Of a DNA stretch of 64,000 bases, positions 19,768 through 28,506 are shown in pieces. Location: contig JAJPHT010000039.1 of NCBI GenBank assembly GCA_021325135.1, positions 64,001-128,000 of the forward strand. Reading direction: 5' to 3'. The position numbers and the translations under genes are program-made. The notes below the pieces were generated by a model that ran no database searches, was not told where the DNA came from, and was given only the letters and a program-made list of their open reading frames with translations. Within the stretch, counting starts at the first letter, position 1, and each line of letters begins with the position of its first letter. This DNA comes from Pseudomonadota bacterium. Its GTDB lineage: Archaea > Thermoplasmatota > SW-10-69-26 > JACQPN01 > JAJPHT01.

Positions 19768-20511
19768 GTGAGCGACGTCGTCGCGGGCCGCAACCCCGTG
19801 GCCGAGGCCCTGAAGGCGGGCCGCGTGCAGCGCCTCCTCGTGAGCGAGACCGCCGCCAACGACAAGGCGATGCGCGCGCTGCTGGAGCGCGCCCGCGCCG
19901 CCCGCGTGCCGCCGGAGACGGTGCCCCTCGCCACCATCGAGCGCCACGCGCCCGGCGTCGTCCACCAGGGCGTCGTCGCGCTCTGCGAGCCGCGCGGCTA
20001 CTGGACGCTGGACGAGGTGCTGGCCTCGGCGCGGGCGAAGAACGAGGACCCGTTCCTCCTCCTGCTGGACGGCGTGGAGGACCCCCACAACCTGGGCGCC
20101 ATCCTGCGCGTGGCGGACGGCGCGGGCGCGCACGGCGTCGTCATCCCCGGCCGCGGCGCCGTCGGCCTCACGCCCACGGTGCTGAAGTCCAGCGCGGGCG
20201 CGGCGGAGCACGTCCCCGTGGCGCAGGTGGGCAACCTCACTGACGCCGTGCTGCATCTGAAGCGCGAGCAGGTCTGGGTGGGCATCGCGGAGGCCACGCA
20301 GGGCAAGCCCTACTTCCAGGAGCGCCTCACCGGCCCCCTCGCCCTCGTCCTGGGCTCCGAAGGCGCGGGCGTGTCGCGGCCCGTGGCGAAGCACGCCGAC
20401 TTCGCGGTCCACATCCCCCTGAAGGGCGCCGTCAACTCCCTGAACGTCAGCGTCGCGTGCGCGGTGCTCTGCTTCGAGCGGGTGCGGCAGCTATCAGGCG
20501 GGAAGCGCTGA
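19768..20511 (+). CDS. rlmB: 23S rRNA Gm2251 2'-O-methyltransferase (SPOUT)
   Basis: GRNPVAEAL, HQGVVA, LDGVEDPHNLGAILR, VLGSEGAG, IPLKGAVNSLNVSVA. Confidence 0.92.
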   Translation: MSDVVAGRNPVAEALKAGRVQRLLVSETAANDKAMRALLERARAARVPPETVPLATIERHAPGVVHQGVVALCEPRGYWTLDEVLASARAKNEDPFLLLLDGVEDPHNLGAILRVADGAGAHGVVIPGRGAVGLTPTVLKSSAGAAEHVPVAQVGNLTDAVLHLKREQVWVGIAEATQGKPYFQERLTGPLALVLGSEGAGVSRPVAKHADFAVHIPLKGAVNSLNVSVACAVLCFERVRQLSGGKR

Positions 20512-20570
20512 GATCAAGTTCGGTGCCTTCAAGCCCCCGCGCATCGTGGCCGCGCGCGGGAGCCTTGAAC

Positions 20571-20930
20571 ATGACCATGCTGAAGACCTCGGAGGACATC
20601 GCGCAGGCGAACGGCCAGGCCGCACCCTCCCCCGCCGCGACGCCCATCCCCGTCATCGTCACGCCCGTCCACGTCCCCACCGCCGCGGACGTCACGACCC
20701 TCGTCGAGGCCGCGCACGAGCACATCGAGAAGATGGTGAGCGCGGAGCTGGCCCAGATCCAGTCCACCCTCGCCACCGCGTGGCGCGCCTCGGAGGTCAA
20801 CCTCGCCAAGGCCCAGGCCGACCTCGCGGCCCTCACCCAGGCCTACCAGCAGCTGGAGGCCAAGCACCAGGCCGCGGAGCGCAAGGTGGCGGTCCTGGAA
20901 GAGGTCCGCGCGAGCCTCCAGAAGCTCTGA
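20571..20930 (+). CDS. Small coiled-coil protein, paralogue A
   Basis: Heptad pattern; ends KVAVLEEVRASLQKL. Confidence 0.75.
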   Translation: MTMLKTSEDIAQANGQAAPSPAATPIPVIVTPVHVPTAADVTTLVEAAHEHIEKMVSAELAQIQSTLATAWRASEVNLAKAQADLAALTQAYQQLEAKHQAAERKVAVLEEVRASLQKL

Positions 20931-21010
20931 GCCCGGGTCTTGGCGCTTGGGAGGATCGGACCTGCCAAGGGAGAAGCCGCGCTGGGCGCTCTGCCGTGCG
21001 GGTCTTCCCC

Positions 21011-21907
21011 ATGCGCAGCGCCCCCCTGCTCCTGCTGATCGTCCTCCTCGTCTCTCCCCTCTCGGCCGCAGTGGGTCCCCTCGCAGGGCCCGCGTGCGTC
21101 GATCCCCCCTCGCAGGAGGAGGCCGTCTCGCACAATGCCCTCTCGGCTTCGGCCGCGGTCCAGGGCGGAGCGTGCGCCTTCGCCTCGCCGGATGCGGCCT
21201 CCGCGAGCGCCCCTGCCACGGCCTGCGCCACGGCGCGTCTCGCCGCGACGACCGACTCCGCGGCCCTCTGCACGCCCGCCGCCGGGCAGGCCGACGCAGG
21301 CGTCTCCTCCGGCTCGCCCGTCGTGGAGGTCGGCGCATCGACTCCGCTTCAGGCTTGCCTCGCCAACGACGAGAGCGAGGCGTGCTCCGACCCCGTCTCC
21401 ACCTTCACCGACGTCGTCTCCCAGCTTCCGCTCGCGACGCAGCTCCTTCTGGCGTGCCTCAACGCCCAGCTTGGCCATTCGAGGAGCTACGACTGCTTCG
21501 GGCGCGTCACCGACGCGTTCTTCAACCCGCCCCAAGGCGGCGTGATCGTGCTGACGTGGAAGGGCGGCCAGTGGACGAAGCAGGCCAGCGTGGGGTGGGA
21601 CTGCGTCGACTCCTCCCAGACCGCCAGCCGCTATCTCGTCCACTGCAGCCCGTCCGCGGGGAAGAGCTTCCGCTGCAAGAACTTCCAGGTCTACGGCGAC
21701 GTGTCGCGGTCGCACCACAGCGCCCGCCCCGAGGCCGTGGCCACGACGAAGTGCAGCGGGATCACGGTGTCGTGCTACACCGACGGAGGGTCGTGCACGG
21801 ACCACGTCTGGACGGGCTCGCTCGACCCCGACCTCTTCTGCCAGCTCACCATCGGCCTCCCTGGCGAGATCGACCAGGCGACGGCGGTCTGCTACAACGA
21901 CCCGTGA
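21011..21907 (+). CDS. Secreted Cys-rich protein (16 Cys)
   Basis: Signal peptide MRSAPLLLLIVLLVSPLSAA. Confidence 0.75.
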   Translation: MRSAPLLLLIVLLVSPLSAAVGPLAGPACVDPPSQEEAVSHNALSASAAVQGGACAFASPDAASASAPATACATARLAATTDSAALCTPAAGQADAGVSSGSPVVEVGASTPLQACLANDESEACSDPVSTFTDVVSQLPLATQLLLACLNAQLGHSRSYDCFGRVTDAFFNPPQGGVIVLTWKGGQWTKQASVGWDCVDSSQTASRYLVHCSPSAGKSFRCKNFQVYGDVSRSHHSARPEAVATTKCSGITVSCYTDGGSCTDHVWTGSLDPDLFCQLTIGLPGEIDQATAVCYNDP

Positions 21908-21949
21908 AGGCGCGCCTCCGGGTGGGCGGGCGAAGTCCTCAAGTACCCC

Positions 21950-22288
21950 ATGCCGCAGACCCAACCTGTGGTGTTGGGAGTGTTCCGCAAGCGGAGCGAC
22001 GCGGACGAAGCGATTCCGGAAGACCTGCTGGCCAACGTGCCCGAGATCGGCGGCGGAGGGCCCGCGACGACGCGGCTCACCGTCGTCGCCGTGGAGGAGG
22101 ACGACGAGGACCCGCTGCGCGACGTGCGCGCGAGCCTGGAGCGCGCCTCCGAAGGGCTCTCGCACATGGCGCGGCGCGTGAAGGACCTGGAGAGCGAGAA
22201 CCTCAGGCTCGCCGCGCGCCTGCGCGAGGCCGAGGCCAAGGCCGCCCTCCTCGACGAGGTGCGCGCGTCGCTCAACAAGGCGCGCTGA
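21950..22288 (+). CDS. Small coiled-coil protein, paralogue B
   Basis: Heptad pattern; ends [16 protein letters not shown]. Confidence 0.75.
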   Translation: MPQTQPVVLGVFRKRSDADEAIPEDLLANVPEIGGGGPATTRLTVVAVEEDDEDPLRDVRASLERASEGLSHMARRVKDLESENLRLAARLREAEAKAALLDEVRASLNKAR

Positions 22289-22328
22289 GCCGGAAGCCTC
22301 ACGCTCCGGCCCCCGTGTGCCGCGGGCG

Positions 22329-22898
22329 ATGATCCTCTCGGACCGCGACATCCTCGCGCGGCTGAAGCAGGGCGACCTCGTCGTCGATCCGCTGGACGAC
22401 CCGGACCTGCAGGTCCAGCCCGCGAGCATCGACCTGCGCCTGGGCGACGAGTTCCTCGTGTTCCGCAATCCCCACATCCCGTTCATCGACCCCCAGGCGA
22501 GCGACCTCTCGGGCCTCACGGAGAAGATCGTCGTGGGCCGGGGCTCCCCCTTCATCCTGCACCCCGGCGAGTTCGCGCTGGGCACGACCCACGAGCGCGT
22601 GCGCATCCCGGCCGACCTCGTGGCCAAGGTCGAGGGGCGCAGCAGCCTGGGCCGCCTCGCGGTGGTCGTCCACGCGACGGCGGGCTTCGTGGACCCCGGC
22701 TTCGAGGGGCACATCACGCTGGAATTGTCCAACCTCGGCCGCGTGCCCGTGGCGCTCCACCCGGGCATGCGCATCTCGCAGATCGCGCTCCACCAGATGT
22801 CCAGCCCTGCGCAGCGCCCCTACGGCTCGCCCGGCCGCCGCAGCAAGTACCAGGGCCAGCGGGGCCCCGTGGCGAGCCGCATCGGAGAGGACCGCTGA
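22329..22898 (+). CDS. dcd: dCTP deaminase
   Basis: [48 protein letters not shown]. Confidence 0.96.
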   Translation: MILSDRDILARLKQGDLVVDPLDDPDLQVQPASIDLRLGDEFLVFRNPHIPFIDPQASDLSGLTEKIVVGRGSPFILHPGEFALGTTHERVRIPADLVAKVEGRSSLGRLAVVVHATAGFVDPGFEGHITLELSNLGRVPVALHPGMRISQIALHQMSSPAQRPYGSPGRRSKYQGQRGPVASRIGEDR

Positions 22899-22944
22899 GG
22901 ACTTCCACCACAGCTTAAGTAGGGGCCCCGGGCGACTCCCACCC

Positions 22945-23298
22945 ATGACGCCCCCCGAGGAACGCCCCGCCAGCCTTGCGAGCGCCCTGGCCCCCGCCTG
23001 GAACGGCGAAGACGCGGGCGCGCACGACGTCATGCACCGCATGGAGAACATCCTGGTGAAGGAGCTGCCCCGCGTCGCCGACATGATGGGCAGCCTCATG
23101 CGCGGCATGGAGGAGCGCCTCGACGAGGCGATGCGCGAGATCGCGCGCCTGCGCGAGGCGCAGCAGGCCCTGGAGCGCCAGCACGCCGACGACGAGGCCC
23201 GGCTCTCCGAGCTGGACGCGCTGCGCCGGCAGAACGCGGAGTTCGCGGCGAAGCTCGACGCCGTCGCGGACCTCAAGCGCGCCATCTCCCGGCTCTGA
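22945..23298 (+). CDS. Small coiled-coil protein, paralogue C
   Basis: Heptad pattern; ends KLDAVADLKRAISRL. Confidence 0.75.
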   Translation: MTPPEERPASLASALAPAWNGEDAGAHDVMHRMENILVKELPRVADMMGSLMRGMEERLDEAMREIARLREAQQALERQHADDEARLSELDALRRQNAEFAAKLDAVADLKRAISRL

Positions 23299-23302
23299 GC
23301 CC

Positions 23303-24628
23303 ATGAGCGCGCGGCCCCCCGCGCCCCCCAGCGAGGAGGCGTTCCGTCGTCGGGAGAGCCTCGTCGAGGCCCTGCACCAGACCTCGCTGGGCCTCCTCAG
23401 CCGCAGCGGGACCGACGGCCTCCTGGAGGACATCGTCTCCCGCGCCGCGAAGCTCGCCGACGCGCCCGAAGGGTACGTCTACGTCGTGGACGAGGCGACC
23501 GACGAGCTCGTCGTGCGCGCCGCGGTGGGCTCGCAGGTGATCAAATACATGGGCCTGCGCCTCAAGCGGGGCGAGGGCATCGCGGGGCGCGCATGGGAAG
23601 GGGGCGAGCCCCTCGTGGTCTCCGACTACGCGGTCTGGCAGGGGCGCAGCCCGCGCATCCAGCGCGACGACGTCCGCGCCGTCGCCGTCTTCCCGCTCCA
23701 GGCCAACGGGCGCCTCCTGGGCGTCCTGGGCATCTTCCACACGGACCCCGCGAAGTCGTTCGACGAGGAGCGCCTCTGGCTGCTGGGCCGCTACGCGCAG
23801 CTTGCCGCCGTCGCCCTCGACCACGCGCTCCTCCTCGCGGACCTGCGCGAGAGCGAGGAGCGCTTCCGCGTGGCCTTCGAGCACTCCACCATCGGCCGGG
23901 GCGTGAGCCTCCCCGACGGGCGCTGGGTGCGCGTGAACCGCGCGCTCTGCGACATGCTGGGCTACACCGAGGCCGAGCTTCTGGGCCGGCGCTCCGACGA
24001 CGTGACGCACCCGGACGACGTGGCGGCGACGCAGGAGGCGCGCCGCGCGATGGTCGAGGGCGGCTCGCGCTTGTTCGACCTGGAGAAGCGCTACCTGCGC
24101 AAGGATGGCTCCGTCCTGTGGGCCCGCGCCACGGTCTCGTGCGTGCGCGACGCGGCCGGCCAGGTGCGCTACCTCGTGGGCGACATCATGGACCTCTCGG
24201 GGAAGCGGCGCATGGAGGAGGCCGTGCGCGAGCAGGCCGTGACGCGCAGCCTCGTGCGCTCCATGCTCCAGGACATCGGCCGGGCAGGTCACCTGCCGCA
24301 CCAGCTCATGCGCGACCTGGGCCGGCGCTTGGCCAACGAGGTCGAGGGCAAGTCGCTGGGGGACTGGCTCGCGGCGTTCGCCGCCATGGGGCTGGGCCGC
24401 CTGGAGGTCGTCTCCTCCGACGGCGTGCGCTTCACGCTGCGCGGGGTCGACCTCCTGGAGTACGTGCCCGGCGCCCGCGAGCCCTCCTGCCACCTCCCCC
24501 TGGGCTTCCTGGAGGGGGCCTACTTCGCGCTCACCGGCCGCGAGGGGCTGGGCGCGGAGCTTCGCTGCCAGTCGCTGCGCCACCCGGAGTGCCTCTTCGT
24601 GGTCGCGGCGCGGCCCGGCCGGCGATAG
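23303..24628 (+). CDS. GAF-PAS-V4R sensor protein
   Basis: GAF (GEGIAGRAW..GEP); PAS (SEERFR..VNRALCDMLGY..THPDD); V4R (C...G.LEG...E.RC.....C.FVV). Confidence 0.85.
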   Translation: MSARPPAPPSEEAFRRRESLVEALHQTSLGLLSRSGTDGLLEDIVSRAAKLADAPEGYVYVVDEATDELVVRAAVGSQVIKYMGLRLKRGEGIAGRAWEGGEPLVVSDYAVWQGRSPRIQRDDVRAVAVFPLQANGRLLGVLGIFHTDPAKSFDEERLWLLGRYAQLAAVALDHALLLADLRESEERFRVAFEHSTIGRGVSLPDGRWVRVNRALCDMLGYTEAELLGRRSDDVTHPDDVAATQEARRAMVEGGSRLFDLEKRYLRKDGSVLWARATVSCVRDAAGQVRYLVGDIMDLSGKRRMEEAVREQAVTRSLVRSMLQDIGRAGHLPHQLMRDLGRRLANEVEGKSLGDWLAAFAAMGLGRLEVVSSDGVRFTLRGVDLLEYVPGAREPSCHLPLGFLEGAYFALTGREGLGAELRCQSLRHPECLFVVAARPGRR

Positions 24629-24659
24629 GCTCTTGACCGGGAGCGGCAGGTGGCGTGGC

Positions 24660-25166
24660 GTGGCCGAGAAGCTCCCGCTGTGGGCCAACGTCCGCTGGTT
24701 CCAGGTCGTCTGGGCCGCGCTCTCCGCCGTCCTGGGCTATCAATTGTGGGAGCACTTCGCCGGGCGGGCCCTCCTCTCGGGGGCGGGGGTCGTCTGGCGC
24801 ATCCTCGCCCTGGGCTTCGGCCTGCTCGCGTTCCTCATCTACCTCCAGAACGTGTACCGCCACGGCCTGGTGCCGGACTACTCGAAGACGTGCCGCTACT
24901 GCCACGGGCCCGTGAACCGCTACAGCGAGTTCTGCGAGCACTGCGGCGCCGACCTCCTCGACCCGGCCAAGTTCATCGCATGCCCCCGCTGCGGCGTGGA
25001 CCTCTACGAAGGCACGGCGTACTGCCCCGAGTGCGGCGCGGCCGTCGCGCGGGCGGCGAAGGGCAAGCGGGCGAAGAAGGGGAAGGGCAAGGCGCCCGAG
25101 GCCCTCCCGCCGCCGCAGGAGCCCATCGACGCGGTGTCGGGCTTCCCGCCGCGCGAGGACGAATGA
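24660..25166 (+). CDS. Two-TM protein with double zinc ribbon
   Basis: CRYC/CEHC and CPRC/CPEC pairs after two hydrophobic helices. Confidence 0.82.
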   Translation: MAEKLPLWANVRWFQVVWAALSAVLGYQLWEHFAGRALLSGAGVVWRILALGFGLLAFLIYLQNVYRHGLVPDYSKTCRYCHGPVNRYSEFCEHCGADLLDPAKFIACPRCGVDLYEGTAYCPECGAAVARAAKGKRAKKGKGKAPEALPPPQEPIDAVSGFPPREDE

Positions 25167-25446
25167 GACGGAGGCCGCCGCACGGAGATGTACGACCGTG
25201 CGGCGACTGGCGCTAGCAACCTCGTCTCACATTTGATGGTTTCTGGCGAGGACGTTGAAACGAGAGGCAACCAACCTGTTGCCTGGACAAGGATCGCCGC
25301 CCCGGTGTGGTTGGAGCAAGGGAGGCTAAGGCCGGGGCGGCGTCGCGCCTTCCGAGGGGGCCGCCCGGTTTGAAGTCCGTCGTCATGACATGGAATCGAC
25401 GCGGTTGCCCAACGGTCAAATAGCCCCCACCCGCCTCGCGGAGGCG
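25164..25446. ncRNA. Candidate structured RNA or leader, unassigned
   Basis: Lower-GC ~280-nt gap with at least 6 stems, including perfect 10-bp and 11-bp helices and a long-range closing stem. Confidence 0.45.
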
Positions 25447-26666
25447 TGACGCGCCGCCGGGACGCCAAGCTCTCCAGCTTCGGCCCCGCGGAGGAGCCCG
25501 AGAGCCCCTCGCGCGGCGCCGAGGAGCCCCCCGCCCTGGCGGTCTCCACCCTGGTGGGGCTCGTGGACCGCGCGATCAAGGGCGACGACCGCTTCGCCGA
25601 CGTCTGGGTCCGCGGCGAGGTGTCCGGCTTCCGGCCCGCCGCGTCGGGCCACTGGTACTTCGACCTCAAGGACGAGGGCGCGCTGCTCCACGCCGCCATG
25701 TTCCGCGCCGACAACGGGCGCCTCAAGTGGCAGCCCGAGGACGGCGCCGAGGTGCTGGCGCGAGGACGCGTCGCGATCTACTCCTCCCGGAGCGAGCTTC
25801 AGGTCGTCGTCAAGGACCTGCGTCCCGTGGGCGTCGGCGCGCTGGCCCTCGCGTTCGAGCAGCTTCGCCGCCGCCTGGAGGCCGAGGGCCTTTTCGCGCC
25901 GGAGCGCAAGCGCCCCATCCCGCAGTTCCCCTCGCGCATCGGCGTCGTCACGAGCCTCTCGGGCGCCGTGCTGCGCGACGTCGCGCGCACCGCAGCGCGC
26001 CGCTTCCCCGCCGCGCGCCTCCTGGTCGCGGACGCCCGCGTGCAGGGCGAGGGCGCGGCCGAGAGCGTCGCGCGCGGCATCGAGCGCCTCAACGCGCGCG
26101 GCCACGTGGACGCCATCATCGTCGCGCGCGGCGGCGGCTCCATGGAGGACCTCTGGGCGTTCAACGAGGAGCGCGTCGTGCGCGCCGTCGCCGCCTCCGC
26201 CGCTCCGGTGGTCAGCGCCGTGGGGCACGAGACGGACTTCACGCTCTGCGACTTCGCGGCCGACCTGCGCGCGAGCACGCCCACCGCGGCGGCCGAGGCG
26301 CTCACCCCCGACGCGGGCGAGCTTCTCGCGTGGGTGGGCGAGTCCGAGGCGCGCCTCGTGCGCGCGCTGGAGGACCTCGTCCCGGACCTCCAGCAGGGGC
26401 TCGACGAGCGCGTGGAGCGCGCCGCGGCCGCCATGCGCCGCCGCGTTGCACGCGAGGCGGACCTGCTGGCGCAGCGCGCGGGCCGCCTCGAATCGCTATC
26501 ACCCCTCGCCGTGCTGGCGAGGGGCTACGCCGTCGCGAAACGCGAAGGCAGGCTCGTGCGCGAGGTCGCGGACGCTCCCCCCGGAAGCGAGGTGGAGGTC
26601 GTCCTGCGCGACGGCGCGCTCTGGGGCAAGGTCACGAAGGTGAGACGCCATGGCGAAGAAGGCTGA
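25446..26666 (+). CDS. xseA: Exodeoxyribonuclease VII large subunit
   Basis: VWVRGEVS, SGHWYFDLKD, VQGEGA, ARGGGSMEDLWAFNEE, SAVGHETDFT, LSPLAVLARGY. Confidence 0.96.
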   Translation: MTRRRDAKLSSFGPAEEPESPSRGAEEPPALAVSTLVGLVDRAIKGDDRFADVWVRGEVSGFRPAASGHWYFDLKDEGALLHAAMFRADNGRLKWQPEDGAEVLARGRVAIYSSRSELQVVVKDLRPVGVGALALAFEQLRRRLEAEGLFAPERKRPIPQFPSRIGVVTSLSGAVLRDVARTAARRFPAARLLVADARVQGEGAAESVARGIERLNARGHVDAIIVARGGGSMEDLWAFNEERVVRAVAASAAPVVSAVGHETDFTLCDFAADLRASTPTAAAEALTPDAGELLAWVGESEARLVRALEDLVPDLQQGLDERVERAAAAMRRRVAREADLLAQRAGRLESLSPLAVLARGYAVAKREGRLVREVADAPPGSEVEVVLRDGALWGKVTKVRRHGEEG

Positions 26667-26871
26667 GCCGACGTTCGAGGAGGACATCGAGGCGCTCGAC
26701 GGCATCGTCGCGCAGCTCGAAGGCGGGGAGCTTGGGCTCGACGAGTCGCTGAAGCGCTTCGAGGAGGGCGTGGCCCTCGCGCGCAAGCTCCGCGCGCGCC
26801 TCGACGCCGCGCAGGGGCGCATCGAGGAGCTTCTGGAAACGGGCGAGGTCAGGCGGCTGGACCTGGAGTAG
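26650..26871 (+). CDS. xseB: Exodeoxyribonuclease VII small subunit
   Basis: TFEE.....IV..LE.GEL.LDESL..FEEG. Confidence 0.95.
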   Translation: MAKKAEPTFEEDIEALDGIVAQLEGGELGLDESLKRFEEGVALARKLRARLDAAQGRIEELLETGEVRRLDLE

Positions 26872-28501
26872 CGAGGCTCACCACGCTGCGCCGGCCCTCG
26901 CGGACGACGACCACCGCGCCGCGGCGCTCCAGCGCCTTCACGTGGTGGTTCGCTCCCTGCTGGCTGATGCCCAGGCGGCGCGCGATCTCGGGCTGCGCCA
27001 GGGGGCCCTCGCGCAGGAGGGCCAGCACCTGCGCCTGCGCGGGCGAGGCGCCGGACGCGGGCTCGCCGCGGGGCGCGCCGCCGGCCGGGTAGAAGCGCCG
27101 CCACGCGCCCTCGCGGCGGCTCGCGACGAGCTGCGCGCGCTCCAGCATGCGGAGGTGGTGCAGGAGCGCGCCCGTGGGGAGCGCGGCGCGGCGCTGAAGC
27201 TCGCCCAGGTGGATGCCGGGCTCCGCCGCGACGAGGGCGTGGATCTCTCGGCGCACCTCGTGGTCCAGGAGGTCGGGCGCGGCCAGGCGCGTGTAGAGCG
27301 CGGCGAAGGGCGCCAGGAGGGCCCAGCGCCACCGCTCGCGGCGCAGGAGAAGCGCGCCCGAGCCCACGGCGAGCCCGGCCGCGGCGACGCCCGCGCCCCA
27401 GATGGGGAGCAGCGCGGCGCGCGGGGGCGCGGTGGTGGGCGGCACGGCGTCAACGGAGACGGTCGCGTTCGCGACGCCGCGCTGCCACGCGCCCCCGTCG
27501 GAGGCCCGGAAGCGCAGCTGCGCGGCGAAGGTCCCCTTGGCGGGCGCGTCGGCGCTCGCCGCGATCGCGAAGGGGAGGGCGTGCGCCTCGCCGGGCAGGA
27601 GCGAGACGGGGCCCTGCGACCAGCTTGCGCGGAAGGAGGGGACCGGGCCCGAGGCGCCGGAGACGATGCCGCGCTCGGGCTCCAGAAGGACGGCCCGGCC
27701 GCCCGCGTTGCGCACGGTGACGTTGCCTGCGCGCTCGGAGCCCTATGGGACGACGACGGCGCCGCCCACCGAGACGTCCAGCGAGACGCCGTCCCGCGAG
27801 GACTCCCCCGCGTGATAGCGCGCGGGCAGGTCGATGGCGCCCAGGGGGCCCTCGACGCGCAGCGCCAAGGGGTAGAGCCCGTCGAGGGCGGGGCGCGCCG
27901 CGACGGGGAGCGCGAGGGTCAGCGTCGTGGCTGGAGGGAGGGCGGCGTCCTGCGCGGAGCCCTCCAGGGAGAGGCGCCCCGAGGGGTCGAGCACGGAGAT
28001 GCGGACGCGCAGCGGGACCGCGCCCGCGTTGCTCAGGCGCGCGAGGAGCGGCGCGTCCGCGGAGGCGTCCGCGCCGGAGACCTCGGCCGCGAGCGGGCCC
28101 TGCTGCGCGCGGGGAGGGCGGCCCGCGGCGTCCACGTCCAGCACCGCGACGCCCACGGGCGCGCCCTCCAGCGTGAGGGCGACCTCGTGCGGGCCATCCT
28201 GCGCGCCTGGAGAGACGCGCGCCACCGCCTGAAGGTCCAGCGACGTGCGCGGCGCCAGGGAGACGCGGGCGCGCGGCTCGACGGTGAAGGTGATATCACC
28301 CGTCGGGTCCGTCGCCGCGAGGACGCCCTCGGCGCGCGCGCCGCCCTCGTTGGAGACGCGCAGGGCGAGGCTCGCCTCCTGCCCGGGCTCCAGCGGAGCG
28401 GCGGGGGCGCGCAGCGTGGCGCGCGCCCCGTCCTCCAGCGCGAGGGCGCCGGGGAGGAGGAGCGCCCCCAGGAGCGCGGTGGCGAGGAGGCGGCGCAGCA
28501 T
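26849..28501 (-). pseudogene. Membrane-tethered double-wHTH regulator (signal peptide, Ig-like ectodomain, TM, COG3398-type HTHs) interrupted by an in-frame TAG at 27743-27745
   Basis: MLRRLLATALLG...VVVP-TAG-GSERAGNVTVRNAGG continues in the same frame into the 26849-27715 ORF. Confidence 0.75.
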
Positions 28502-28506
28502 GGCGC

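Noticed and set aside
25221-25264. Hammerhead-like string CUCGUC...CUGGCGA...GAAACGAG
   Set aside because: The core deviates (CUGGCGA versus CUGANGA) and stems I and II barely pair; not called without a covariance-model hit.
25164-26871. Retron (structured RNA next to ExoVII genes)
   Set aside because: No reverse transcriptase in the window and no recognisable msr/msd layout.
27743-27745. Pyrrolysine or genome-wide TAG recoding
   Set aside because: TAG is the evident stop for many conserved genes here (e.g. xseB, argG), and no pyl genes are in the window.
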